A program made the position numbers and the translations under genes. A DNA stretch of 37,045 nt from NCBI GenBank assembly GCA_029860075.1, contig JAOUBX010000044.1, positions 1 to 37,045 of the forward strand. The letters are read 5' to 3'. Under the pieces are notes generated by a model. That model saw nothing but the letters and a program-made list of their open reading frames with translations. It did no database searches and was not told the origin of the DNA. Position 1 is the first letter of the stretch. The number at the start of each line of letters is the position of its first letter. This document shows positions 7,186 through 16,959 of the stretch, piece by piece. The stretch comes from Deltaproteobacteria bacterium (GTDB lineage Bacteria > Desulfobacterota > JADFVX01).

Positions 7186-7950
7186 ATGAAAGAAATTATT
7201 ATTAAAGAACTGGAAAAAATTGAAAAAGAGTTTCATGTCAGGATCATCTATGCCTGTGAGTCAGGCAGCCGTGCATGGGGATTCCCATCAATGGACAGTG
7301 ATTATGATGTACGTTTTATCTACGTTCACCCAAGAGACTGGTATCTTTCCATCGGTGAGAGACGGGATGTTATCGAGCGTCCTATCGATAGTGAGCTGGA
7401 TATTGGTGGTTGGGATATTCGAAAGGCCCTCAAGCTCCTGAAAAAATCAAATTCCCCTCTTCTGGAATGGATTTCTTCGCCTATAGTTTACCGTCAGATT
7501 GGGTCCGTTATGGCTCCCTTCAGGGATCTATCGGAAAAGGCTTTTTTGCCTGAATCTTCATTTCACCACTACCTCGCCATGGCGAAAAAGAAGGTGTCTG
7601 AGATGCAGGAGGAAGAGAAGGTTCGTGCTAAAACGGCTTTCTACGCATTGAGGCCACTTTTATGCTGCACATGGATAGTTGAATTTGGAACCCAGCCTCC
7701 AATGAAAATCGATGAACTTCTATCAGTCTTTATTCCCCATGGTGATTTGCGTGATTACCTCGATGAATTAATAGATGAAAAAAGCAGGAACACTGAATCC
7801 TTTCTTATAGAGCCCTGTACTGAATTGGATGACTACCTTGAACTACAGTTGAGTGAGCTTCAGTTGAATGTGCCTAAAAATCCCGAAAAACTTAAAACTG
7901 AAGTTTTTGATGAAGTTTTCAGGGACGTTTTGAGAACGGTTGAAGAATGA
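7186..7950 (+). CDS. Pol-beta-superfamily nucleotidyltransferase (RlaP/COG3541-like), paralogue 2
   Basis: 254 aa with motif ACESGSRAWGFPSMDSDYDVRFIY (GS...DxD), typical of the ~250-aa predicted-nucleotidyltransferase family found in RtcB neighbourhoods. It starts 6 nt after paralogue 1. Confidence 0.7.
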   Translation: MKEIIIKELEKIEKEFHVRIIYACESGSRAWGFPSMDSDYDVRFIYVHPRDWYLSIGERRDVIERPIDSELDIGGWDIRKALKLLKKSNSPLLEWISSPIVYRQIGSVMAPFRDLSEKAFLPESSFHHYLAMAKKKVSEMQEEEKVRAKTAFYALRPLLCCTWIVEFGTQPPMKIDELLSVFIPHGDLRDYLDELIDEKSRNTESFLIEPCTELDDYLELQLSELQLNVPKNPEKLKTEVFDEVFRDVLRTVEE

Positions 7951-8215
7951 AACCCAACATAGATAACAATAAAAATATATTGAAAAAGATATGAATGTAG
8001 TTGCTTGGCATTGTCATCTTTGCAATAGAGAAACTTACAAAGATCCACCAAGGTTTTGCCATGTTTTGTAATTTGCCAGTGTACTCTTATTGTTATTCAA
8101 AACAATTGATTAAAGGCTTATTGAATATGAAAGTATGCCCCAATTGTTCACCAAAAAAATCTAATGATAATAAATCATTATCCGACAGCTAAGGACTCTC
8201 TTTCTTCCTTCAGTG

Positions 8216-8686
8216 CTATGGCTGAACTTCTACCGCAGTGGCAACAAATCGATATTCTTTAATGGGTTCTTTGATCTTTTCGATCTCTTCCCTGGATTTG
8301 CCTGCATCCTGAGCAAAGTGTCTGGCTTGGGAAACTTCCATAATTTCCACATGGAGCCTTCCCTGGGCCCGGACCTTTTTACCCTTAAGATCGTCAGGCA
8401 CAAAAAAACCGTAGTCTTTAAAAGTCACCCTCACAGCACCTTGCTCGGATTGCAAAACCATCCAGCATCCCTTAACCTGGCACAGCTTGCTTACCTTGCC
8501 TTCAAGTAGTACCTCCCGGTTCTTTATTTCATCGAAATGCTCGATGGCATAGGCCAGTGAAACGCTTTTGTTAAGGGTAATTGACGATCCATAGGTAGCA
8601 GGCGCCCCGGACTTTTCCCCATTGGACACTCCCGTTACCAACAGACATAACATGATAAAAAACAAGCTAAAGGTCTTCATAATCAC
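8216..8686 (-). CDS. Secreted DUF4920-like protein
   Basis: 156 aa with an N-terminal signal peptide (MIMKTFSLFFIMLCLLVTGVSNG) and the conserved CQVKGCWMVLQ motif typical of DUF4920. Confidence 0.55.
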   Translation of the reverse strand: MIMKTFSLFFIMLCLLVTGVSNGEKSGAPATYGSSITLNKSVSLAYAIEHFDEIKNREVLLEGKVSKLCQVKGCWMVLQSEQGAVRVTFKDYGFFVPDDLKGKKVRAQGRLHVEIMEVSQARHFAQDAGKSREEIEKIKEPIKEYRFVATAVEVQP

Positions 8687-8889
8687 CTCAATAATTATTT
8701 TTTCAGGACTCTTTCATGTGTCAGGGCACGACCTGGAAGAGGATTACTTTTTGAGGCAATTTAGCATAAATAAAGAGTCCATGTAAATTTTTTTTGGCAC
8801 CCCTACTCATCTGTGTAATCTTTCCTTAAAGCAATATCCCCTCCATACTCTTTTGCAAGGCCGCTGATAATTTTTACTTGACCTAATAC

Positions 8890-8918
8890 TGACTAAAGTA
8901 TAATAATGACTGTAGTCA
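8890..8918. promoter_or_regulatory. Candidate TetR operator: TGACTA-N17-TAGTCA inverted repeat overlapping a TATAAT -10 box
   Basis: tgactaaagtataataatgactgtagtca lies between divergent 8216..8686 and tetR. The outer arms are a 6-bp inverted repeat, and an inner tgact-gt-agtca palindrome and a TATAAT at 8899-8904 are present. Confidence 0.3.
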
Positions 8919-8936
8919 ATTATTTGAGGTGATATT

Positions 8937-9539
8937 ATGGCAAGCCAGGCAGAGCGACGTGCCAAGACACGTAACAAAATTATCAAGGCAGCAAAGAAGC
9001 TTTTTGACAAACAGGGTTTTGAATCTACCTCTGTGGACCAGATTGTCAACACTGCCAACGTTGCCAAGGGAACTTTCTACCAGTATTACGACACAAAAAT
9101 TGAAATTCTGGCCGATGTTATCCGTGATGAAGGATCGCAGCAGACCCGTGAGGCTTTGGAAAAAGCCGCTAAGGGTTCACCGGTCATTCCCATTTTGGAA
9201 GCTTATATCCAGACGCTGTGTGAGTGGTTTGAAGGGCATAGCAAGATTGCCGAGGCCTTGATTTTTTCCAGCCTCAAAACGATTGGAGATAAAGAACTTT
9301 GTGATTCACACCGTTACGGTCGCAGCTTTTTGATGGAACTCATGAAGCTGGCGCAAAAGCAAGGGGCTGTGCGTGATGACGTACCGGCGGGAGAACTGGC
9401 AAAAGTACTGGGAGGATCGCTTGCCTTTTCTGTGCTGGCATGGTGCAAGAATCCGCAGCCCCGTGCGCTTGTAGAATCGATGAATCACAGCCTGGAGATA
9501 TTTCTTCATGGCGCGAAAAAGGGGGACTTTAATGACTAA
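8937..9539 (+). CDS. TetR/AcrR-family transcriptional regulator
   Basis: The N-terminal HTH is typical of TetR (RNKIIKAAKKLFDKQGFESTSVDQIVNTANVAKGTFYQYY). Its stop overlaps the next gene's start (ATGACTAA). Confidence 0.85.
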   Translation: MASQAERRAKTRNKIIKAAKKLFDKQGFESTSVDQIVNTANVAKGTFYQYYDTKIEILADVIRDEGSQQTREALEKAAKGSPVIPILEAYIQTLCEWFEGHSKIAEALIFSSLKTIGDKELCDSHRYGRSFLMELMKLAQKQGAVRDDVPAGELAKVLGGSLAFSVLAWCKNPQPRALVESMNHSLEIFLHGAKKGDFND

Positions 9540-12168
9540 GTGGATGATGGATTGGAAGCAGGCTGCTGAGGGTACACGTGAGCAGTGCGGTGGTAAAGGC
9601 TGGAACCTGGCACAACTGCACAATTATGGTTTTCACCTTCCAAAGGGGGGGGTCATAATTACCGATCTCTACGAAGAAATTATCAATACCGGTAAGATCA
9701 AAAATTTTATTGCGTTAATCAAAGACAGGCCTGACAATGAATTCACATCACCCAAACATGCGCTGCTCATAGAACTGAAAGATGAATTCCTGAAAGTAAA
9801 ACTCCCCGAGAATTTCAGGGTCGAGCTTGAGGACTTTCTGGCACGCTGCGGTTTAACATCGGAGGCGATAGCTGTCAGATCCAGTGGTACCCTGGAAGAT
9901 GGAAGTGAAAACTCCTTTGCCGGTATTCATGACAGTTTTCTTAATGTTATCGGTCTGGAAAATGTGGAGTCGGCAATTCTTAAATGCTACGCCTCGCTCT
10001 GGTCGGCCCGTGCTATCAGCTATCGGCGAAAAATGAACATCAGTGACGACGCTATTTCTGCTGCCCTGGTCATTATGGGAATGGTAAATGCCGAATCGGC
10101 CGGTGTTGCCTTTACCTGCGATCCAGCCACAGGGAGGCGCGATGTGATGGTAATTAATGCTAACTTCGGGTTGGGTGAATCTGTCGTTTCCGGTGTTGCA
10201 GAACCCGATCAATACCGGCTCAACCGCTACCATAAGAAGCTTATTGACCGATATATTGGCAATAAGGAAAAGACCTCCCTTATGAAGGAAGGGGGGGGCA
10301 CGGCGCTTGTCCCTGGAAAGAACAGTCCGGTCCCCTCTTTAACCAATTCCCAGGTCGAACAACTTGCCCGTCTGTGTGACCGGGTATTTCACCTGCTCGG
10401 CAAAGGTGAAGCGCATCAGGATATAGAGTGGGCCTTCGACGGTGATCAGTTTGTGGTATTGCAATCACGTCCCGTAACGGGGATGACTGAAATCATACCG
10501 GCTGAATTGAAGAATCAGCCCCTATGCTGGAGCAACGGTAATTTCCGTGATGCCGTACCCATGGTACTGCCCCGGCTATCGAGTGAATTTTGCGATTATC
10601 ACATCAATGACATTATGCGAAAAAACTTTGATTGCTTAAACTATCCTATCGATCGTGCCGCACGTTTTTCCTGCCAGTTTGAGGGCCGACTTTATTGCAA
10701 CTCATCGCTTGTGCAATGGTTGTGGTATGACACTTTAGGAGTTGAGCCGGAAAAAACCAATATCAGTTTGGGTGGCCATCAGTATGTCATTCATATTGAT
10801 AAAAAATGCAAAAGGAACATAAGAAAGAGGCTTTCAAGAATATGGCGAATGATCCTCTTTGTCAAGGCAATGGCCAGCTATAAGAAGAATGCAAAAAAAA
10901 TCATTGATAGAGAAATAGCATATACAGAGAAATTCAGGGAAAAAGATCTGTCGGCCTTGTCCGATAAAGAACTCATGGAGGCCCTTTCAGGCATTGATTC
11001 ACGACTTGACGACTATAACAGTTCATTTGTCATGCTCTCCTCCGCCTCGGGCGCCCTCTTTATGCTCGTTCAAACACTGGAAAAGTATTTTCACGACAAG
11101 GCCTATTCTCTGGCCAATGCATTGATGGCAGGCATATCAGACATTACCAGTGCAAACCATGGATATGAGTTGCAGGTCCTGGCATCGGTTGCATCAGAGG
11201 ACGAAGAGGCTAAGCTTTTTTTTGGATCGAACCCTTTTGAGCCGCATCTATGGCAAGAAGCGCTAAGGGAAAGCTCCCCTTTCAGGCAAGCCTTTAAAAA
11301 CTATCTCCGGGAATATGGTCATCGCGCCATTTATGAAATGGATGTGACGCAACCCCGCTGGCGTGAAACACCTGATTACCTCTTAAAATGCATCAGCAAC
11401 TACCTGAGCGCAGGATCTCTGTCGAAAATGGAGGACAAAGGAAAGCAGGCATCAGATGAGGCATGGCGGGAAATAAAAGAGAAAGTGCCCCGCTACATGC
11501 ACCGATATATCAAAAACAGTCTCAAACAGGCAGCCAAGGGGGCCGCATTAAGGGAAATGGGAAAATCAACCTATGCAAGGCACATGGAGATATTGAGATA
11601 CCTCCTTCTGGAGATGGCTAATCGATTGAAAAAAAGAAATCTCATAGAAAGTGAAAATGATATTTTTCACTGTGCCAGGGCTGAAATCATTGCTGTCTTA
11701 AAGGGGGAGTGGCATGGGAGGAACTTAAAGGAGATAGTGCTGGAACGCAAAGAAATCAAGTCAAAACAGGAAGAGCTACCGGCTCCGGACATACTGATCG
11801 ATGATAAGCCAAAACAGGTGTCCCATGACTTAGAAACTGCCGAAAAGGGGCTGAAAGGCATCGGCGTCGCGGCAGGTATCGCAAAAGGCACGGCCCGCCT
11901 TATTGCATCACCCGATGAAGGGCATCGACTAACCCCAGACGATATTCTTGTAGCACCCTCAACGGACCCTTCATGGACGCCGCTTTTTCTCAACGTCTCT
12001 GCCATCGTCATGGAGACCGGCGGTTATCTCTCACATGGCGCTATTGTTGCCAGAGAGTATGGCATCCCGGCTGTCGTAAACGTTCCCGGAGCCATGCGCT
12101 TGATTAAGGAAGGGGAAAAAGTGGAGATAAACGGCGGCCTGGGTCTTGTCAGAAAGATAAAATGTTAA
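9532..12168 (+). CDS. PEP-utilising enzyme of the PEP-synthase/rifampin-phosphotransferase (RPH) type: N-terminal PPDK_N ATP-grasp + C-terminal phospho-His swivel domain
   Basis: The N-terminus (CGGKGWNLAQL) matches the pyruvate-phosphate-dikinase nucleotide-binding domain. The extreme C-terminus has the PEP-utilisers mobile-domain motif (GGYLSHGAIVAREYGIPAVV). The longest ORF starts at 9508, but Met 9532 has a GGGGGAC RBS and is translationally coupled to tetR. Confidence 0.8.
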   Translation: MTKWMMDWKQAAEGTREQCGGKGWNLAQLHNYGFHLPKGGVIITDLYEEIINTGKIKNFIALIKDRPDNEFTSPKHALLIELKDEFLKVKLPENFRVELEDFLARCGLTSEAIAVRSSGTLEDGSENSFAGIHDSFLNVIGLENVESAILKCYASLWSARAISYRRKMNISDDAISAALVIMGMVNAESAGVAFTCDPATGRRDVMVINANFGLGESVVSGVAEPDQYRLNRYHKKLIDRYIGNKEKTSLMKEGGGTALVPGKNSPVPSLTNSQVEQLARLCDRVFHLLGKGEAHQDIEWAFDGDQFVVLQSRPVTGMTEIIPAELKNQPLCWSNGNFRDAVPMVLPRLSSEFCDYHINDIMRKNFDCLNYPIDRAARFSCQFEGRLYCNSSLVQWLWYDTLGVEPEKTNISLGGHQYVIHIDKKCKRNIRKRLSRIWRMILFVKAMASYKKNAKKIIDREIAYTEKFREKDLSALSDKELMEALSGIDSRLDDYNSSFVMLSSASGALFMLVQTLEKYFHDKAYSLANALMAGISDITSANHGYELQVLASVASEDEEAKLFFGSNPFEPHLWQEALRESSPFRQAFKNYLREYGHRAIYEMDVTQPRWRETPDYLLKCISNYLSAGSLSKMEDKGKQASDEAWREIKEKVPRYMHRYIKNSLKQAAKGAALREMGKSTYARHMEILRYLLLEMANRLKKRNLIESENDIFHCARAEIIAVLKGEWHGRNLKEIVLERKEIKSKQEELPAPDILIDDKPKQVSHDLETAEKGLKGIGVAAGIAKGTARLIASPDEGHRLTPDDILVAPSTDPSWTPLFLNVSAIVMETGGYLSHGAIVAREYGIPAVVNVPGAMRLIKEGEKVEINGGLGLVRKIKC

Positions 12169-13421
12169 AGTTTCTTAAATACATATCTCCAGTACTGTTT
12201 ATTTTTCCAGTTATAGTATTTATTTCCGATGCCCATGCCATTGAGCGCCGCCGTAACCAGTTTCTTGATGAGCAGGGTTATTATGTCTTTATTACGCCTT
12301 ACAGCCTGCCCGGTATAGGAGGTGGTGCGGGTCTGGTGGGCGCCGTGTCCAATGTGGCCAACAGTTATACCGACCTCTATACCTATATCCTTGATGGTGA
12401 TCTGGAGGGAGGTGGTTTTGCGATTTCTGACGTTCATATCCTTTCTAAAAGACTCGTCTTTGATCTGACGGGTTCAAAGTTCAGAAAGATCATAATTTAA
12501 AGGTTTAACACACGCGGTATTGGTGGTGATGAAGATGACTATACCTTGCTCGAACTGGATGAAAACGATTTCCTCGGTGCCAGGCTGACAAGTATTTTTT
12601 TCGATCGTATGCTGGAATTCTATGTAATGGGCTATGACGGTAAATGGCATACATCCAAACTGCGTGATTCCCATGGGAATGTAACGCAAGACCTTAAAGA
12701 CAGTGATACTCTGGATTACGGTGTAGGTGTTGTTGGCATGCGTATCGATTACACCGATGATTACCAGAATCCCCGTGTAGGGCTTCGTTTTGATTTTAAT
12801 GCCAGAGAGATGACTAAACGGGAAAAGTATCTTCCCGATCAGTATGTAATGCAATACAGTTTGACAGGTTACATCCCTTTCAGGAGGTGGGATACGCTGG
12901 TGCTTAATTATTTTCAGGGTGATTCCGTGGTACGGTCCATAGGAGAAACAGATAGGGCAGAGGTAGAACGGATATATGGTTATAACTGCAGTACCGGCAC
13001 ACCTGCCGAGCAACAGGACTGCAATGATGTAATCGATACCATTATCGACGGTAATCGCTATGGTACGGCCGGAGGGTTGGGTGGTACGAGCCGTCTGCGC
13101 GCCTATCCCATGGACCGCTACCAGGGCGCTCATATCCGCTTTATCGGCGTGGAGTATCGTTGGAATATTACGGAGGAATCGACCCCCTTTAATATCTGGA
13201 TTGCAAAAGATATACGTACATCCTTCCAGATGGCTTTTTTTTACGAAATGGGCATGGTAGCTGATAGCAGGAGCAACCTTTACGACAAGTATCGCTCCAA
13301 TACCGGGTTAGGCTTCAGGATGGTAACGGAAGGCGGTTTTGTTATTCGCGGTGATGTTGCTACAGGCCGCGAAGGGCCAGGTGTCAGTATTATTATCGGT
13401 TATCCCTGGGAGTCATTTTAA
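12162..13421 (+). pseudogene. Outer-membrane beta-barrel protein (Omp85/surface-antigen-like C-terminus) interrupted by an in-frame TAA at 12498-12500
   Basis: ORF 12162..12500 has a signal peptide (MLKFLKYISPVLFIFPVIVFISDAHA). ORF 12546..13421 is in the same frame and has no ATG or signal peptide of its own. It has alternating amphipathic beta-strands and a C-terminal aromatic end (IIIGYPWESF). The intervening 15 codons are open. This is a single nonsense codon, or else readthrough or a sequencing error. Confidence 0.5.
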
Positions 13422-13794
13422 GTTGAAAAATTCATCTGCTCCTATTGACTCATTAGAAAATGTTGCCAAAGGTATAGCCCTGTAAAGTGGGTACGAACTT
13501 TGTGCCCACGCGGTAGAAAAAAGGGGGTGAAAAAATGGGAACAGGTTGGCTTATTCTAACAAAACTAACCCTTGCCATGTTTATCCAGAAAAGCATTTAC
13601 AAAGGTAGTCGCTTAAGGTATAAAAAATAATCAAACTTTTTGTGGAAAAAGAAATGGGGAAAGAGAAAAAAACAGAAAGCCCGGATCGGTAACGGTTTCG
13701 GGACTTTTTATGGATAAGACTGGTTGAAACAGTCGCTTTCCCTATTAATTTAACTGAGTAAAACCAATATATATTAAGAAATGAAGATTGCGAT

Positions 13795-16700
13795 ATGAAA
13801 CAAGACATGCTTCAAGCAGTAATTGAGCAGCTCGATTTTAGCAATGGACAGCTCTTTAGCACTGTAGAAGTCTCTCGTGGATCGCTTAGCCGGAAGGATT
13901 GGCTGGACAAAGGAGATTGGCTTCTTTCTGCCCAAAAAGCTGGAGTGGAGTATATCTTTTTTGTTGAGAACAACCCCGTTGCAGTTTTTGCACGGAGCAA
14001 AAAGTCAGATGAAGAGAAAATTGCAGTTTTCAATAAAATTTGGTGTTTGGCACGACCTCGCCTTCTATTTCTGGAATCAGAAGGTGAGCTTTCTGTTATA
14101 GACCTGGCACAAGCCCCGATACGGCAAGAATGGAACGTCGATAAACAAAAACTTACCGCATTAGAGATATTGACATCCGTTGAGAAGGTTGCACGTAAAT
14201 TACAAAAATATCACCGTGACAATATTGAAACAGGCAAGGTCTTTGAGCATGGACGATTTGGTGATTTAAAACATCGGGCCGATCAGGCGTTGATTGCTGA
14301 CTTGAGGACCGTCAGGGGTGAATTGATGCAGGCAGGCCTTCACGGTCCCAAAATGCAATATGCCCATGCTCTAATCGGACGATCCATATTTATTCGTTAT
14401 CTGGAAGACCGGGGCATTTTAACTGAAGAGTATTTTTCTAAAGTTGCTGGATCAAATCCGACATGGCAGACACTATTACAAAATCCTTATTCACGTGACC
14501 AAATGGATTTCTCCGGCGTTAAAGCAAAATATCCACGTGTACTTCAGGATAAGGATTTTACTTATGCATTATTCCGCATGCTCTCGATAGATTTTAATGG
14601 AGATATGTTTCCTGACATTGATGAGGAAGAAAAAAATATTGAGGGCAGGCACCTGCAACTCATACAAGAACTTTTATATGGTGATGTTGGCTCTCAGAAA
14701 AAGCTGTTTTTTTACTCCTATAAGTTCGATATCATCCCGCTCGATCTGATCAGTGCGATCTATGAGGAATTTTACCATGCATCAGCAAGTGCGAACGAAA
14801 AAAAGAGCAAGGCACGGCAAGACGGAGCTTACTACACCCCGCCGGCACTGGCCGAATTCGTTCTGTCAAGAATACTGACTGATGAAGTGTTACAGAAAAA
14901 TCCGAGAATACTAGATCCGGCATGTGGCTCCGGGATATTTCTGGTTGAAGCATTCCGTCGAGTTGTTCGTTATCGGCTATATCAAAAGAAATCTTCTCTA
15001 CATTTCAGCGAATTGAAGGAAATACTCGGAAGGCAGATTGCAGGCATTGAGGTCAATGAAGAAGCAGCCCGAATCACCGCATTCAGCTTATACCTTGCCA
15101 TGCTGCACTATCTGGATCCACCATCCATTTTTGAACACATCCTGAATGGAGATAAACTGCCAAACCTGATTATGTCAGCGAATGAGTTAGACAATCATTA
15201 CAACAGCATCCATGTGGCTAATGCGTTTGCTCTCGACAATAAAAACGTAGGAGAAATTGATGTTGTGGTGGGCAATCCTCCATGGGGTGCGCCCAATAAT
15301 CCAAGTAAGGGTGCCAAAGATCGTCAGCGCATCATGCTGGACTGGTGCAAAAAAAGAAAATACCCCATTGGAGACAACGAACCATCCCAGGCTTTTCTTT
15401 GGCGATCGCTGGATTTCCTGAATAAAGAAGGCCGGTGCGCCTTGTTGACCTCTGCTGGGGTTCTTTTCAACCATAGTTCAACCACACAGACGTTCCGCCG
15501 AGAATGGATGAGCAGAGTTTGCATTACGGAAGTATTCAACTTCTCTCATGTGCGGAAATTCTTCTTCAAGGGAGCAGATTCTCCTTTTGTGATGATTCAT
15601 TTCAAGAATGGTGAACAAGGTAAAACTCCGGTTGAATACTGGTCCCTAAAACAGGTGGCTTCACTTAAGGAAACACAAGCAATCCTGCTGTCGAAATATG
15701 ATCGAGCTTATTTGACGGGACAAGACCTGACCGACAATAAAACATGGAAAGCTAATTGGTTCGGTAGACATGCGGATACAGTGTTTTTTCATCAGTTTCA
15801 TAATTTTAAAACATTATTAGATCACATAGATAGGAGATTCTCAGGCCAAGGGATATCACCCAATCCTCCCCAAAAAGCTACAGACGATTTGCCAAGAAAT
15901 TTATTGGTACAATCTTCATTTAGTCGTTTCAATGATTCTCTACAGTTTAAAAATTTACCCCTGCGTGTATACAGACTAGGAAAAATAGAAACATATACTG
16001 GCCCACGTTTATTAATTAAAAGAGGTATATCCGAAAAGGGGGAGACAAAAGGTACTGTTGTTGCCAGATATGAATCTAAGAATTTTTGTTTTACAAACGC
16101 AATTAATGGAATCAAATTAATCAATAATGAAGAAACACAATATTTACTTTTTCTTGGTATCTTGTGGTCATCATTCAGTAGATATTTTTATTTCAATATC
16201 TCAGCAAATTGGGGGTTGTGGCATCATGAAATTCACCTTGATGATGAATTGCTTCAACTCCCCATTCCTAGTCGTCTACGGGGAAAGGAAGCAAACCACG
16301 TTGTCTCCATCGTCAAAAAACTCCGAAACTACCAGCCTCAGGTACAGGACGTATTATATCCTGATGGTGTTCCGCAAAATGAAATCGAATTACAGCGGCG
16401 TAAATGGGAAGCGGAACTTGATGAGGCTGTCTTTGATTTGTACGGTTTTACCAAAGAACAGCAGGATTTGATCCGTGATTGCTGTGAAGTGACTCTGCCA
16501 TTCTTTTATCAGCCTTATAACAGTGTTGGCGCTATGCCAGGAGTAAAAGGCAGTGATACTTCCTGGATAAAACACTATGCTGAACGGTTTGCCCGACGCT
16601 GGCAACCTTATCTGAATCAAGACGAAATTCTGCGGGCTGACCTTCACATTGGCGCGTCCGGTAATATGGTCGCCATAGAATTTTACCCGGCAGACTTGGG

Positions 16701-16959
16701 CGATGAGTGGAATCTATCACCCAAAACAGATTCTTGGGGGCATGTTCTGGAAGAAATCAGCAAGTCATTACCACGTCCCATGGGGACATCTCAAATCCTG
16801 CTTGATGGGATCGTCCATATCGTGACAGATAACAGCATCATAGTTATAAAACGCAACGAGAAACGATTCTGGACACGAAGTCTGGCCTACGAGGATGCTG
16901 AGTCCACATTGGCCAAGCGTATGCTGGAAACAATGCCTGAAAAGAGTGGTGTTGAATAG
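13795..16959 (+). CDS. Large gamma-class N6-adenine DNA methyltransferase (Eco57I/MmeI/PglX-like architecture: N-terminal helical domain, MTase core, C-terminal TRD)
   Basis: 1054 aa with motif I ILDPACGSGIFLVEAF, motif IV VVVGNPPWG and a ~500-aa C-terminal region. No convincing D...ExK nuclease motif is seen in the N-terminal 330 aa. Confidence 0.85.
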   Translation: MKQDMLQAVIEQLDFSNGQLFSTVEVSRGSLSRKDWLDKGDWLLSAQKAGVEYIFFVENNPVAVFARSKKSDEEKIAVFNKIWCLARPRLLFLESEGELSVIDLAQAPIRQEWNVDKQKLTALEILTSVEKVARKLQKYHRDNIETGKVFEHGRFGDLKHRADQALIADLRTVRGELMQAGLHGPKMQYAHALIGRSIFIRYLEDRGILTEEYFSKVAGSNPTWQTLLQNPYSRDQMDFSGVKAKYPRVLQDKDFTYALFRMLSIDFNGDMFPDIDEEEKNIEGRHLQLIQELLYGDVGSQKKLFFYSYKFDIIPLDLISAIYEEFYHASASANEKKSKARQDGAYYTPPALAEFVLSRILTDEVLQKNPRILDPACGSGIFLVEAFRRVVRYRLYQKKSSLHFSELKEILGRQIAGIEVNEEAARITAFSLYLAMLHYLDPPSIFEHILNGDKLPNLIMSANELDNHYNSIHVANAFALDNKNVGEIDVVVGNPPWGAPNNPSKGAKDRQRIMLDWCKKRKYPIGDNEPSQAFLWRSLDFLNKEGRCALLTSAGVLFNHSSTTQTFRREWMSRVCITEVFNFSHVRKFFFKGADSPFVMIHFKNGEQGKTPVEYWSLKQVASLKETQAILLSKYDRAYLTGQDLTDNKTWKANWFGRHADTVFFHQFHNFKTLLDHIDRRFSGQGISPNPPQKATDDLPRNLLVQSSFSRFNDSLQFKNLPLRVYRLGKIETYTGPRLLIKRGISEKGETKGTVVARYESKNFCFTNAINGIKLINNEETQYLLFLGILWSSFSRYFYFNISANWGLWHHEIHLDDELLQLPIPSRLRGKEANHVVSIVKKLRNYQPQVQDVLYPDGVPQNEIELQRRKWEAELDEAVFDLYGFTKEQQDLIRDCCEVTLPFFYQPYNSVGAMPGVKGSDTSWIKHYAERFARRWQPYLNQDEILRADLHIGASGNMVAIEFYPADLGDEWNLSPKTDSWGHVLEEISKSLPRPMGTSQILLDGIVHIVTDNSIIVIKRNEKRFWTRSLAYEDAESTLAKRMLETMPEKSGVE

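Noticed and set aside
8001-8192. 63-aa ORF containing CPNCSPKK (possible zinc-ribbon peptide) in the convergent gap after the NTase genes
   Set aside because: It has a single Cys pair only, no RBS, an AT-rich intergenic context and no second CxxC. Evidence is insufficient for a gene.
12474-13133. 219-aa minus-strand ORF overlapping the OMP gene
   Set aside because: It is antisense to a much better supported beta-barrel reading frame, and its translation is low complexity (GI-rich). It is a shadow ORF.
13680-13710. Hairpin cccgga-N11-ucgggac followed by ACUUUUUA upstream of the methyltransferase
   Set aside because: It could be a terminator or attenuator. However, it lies 260 bp from the preceding + gene and the stem is only 6 bp with a wobble. 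It was noted but not called as a feature.
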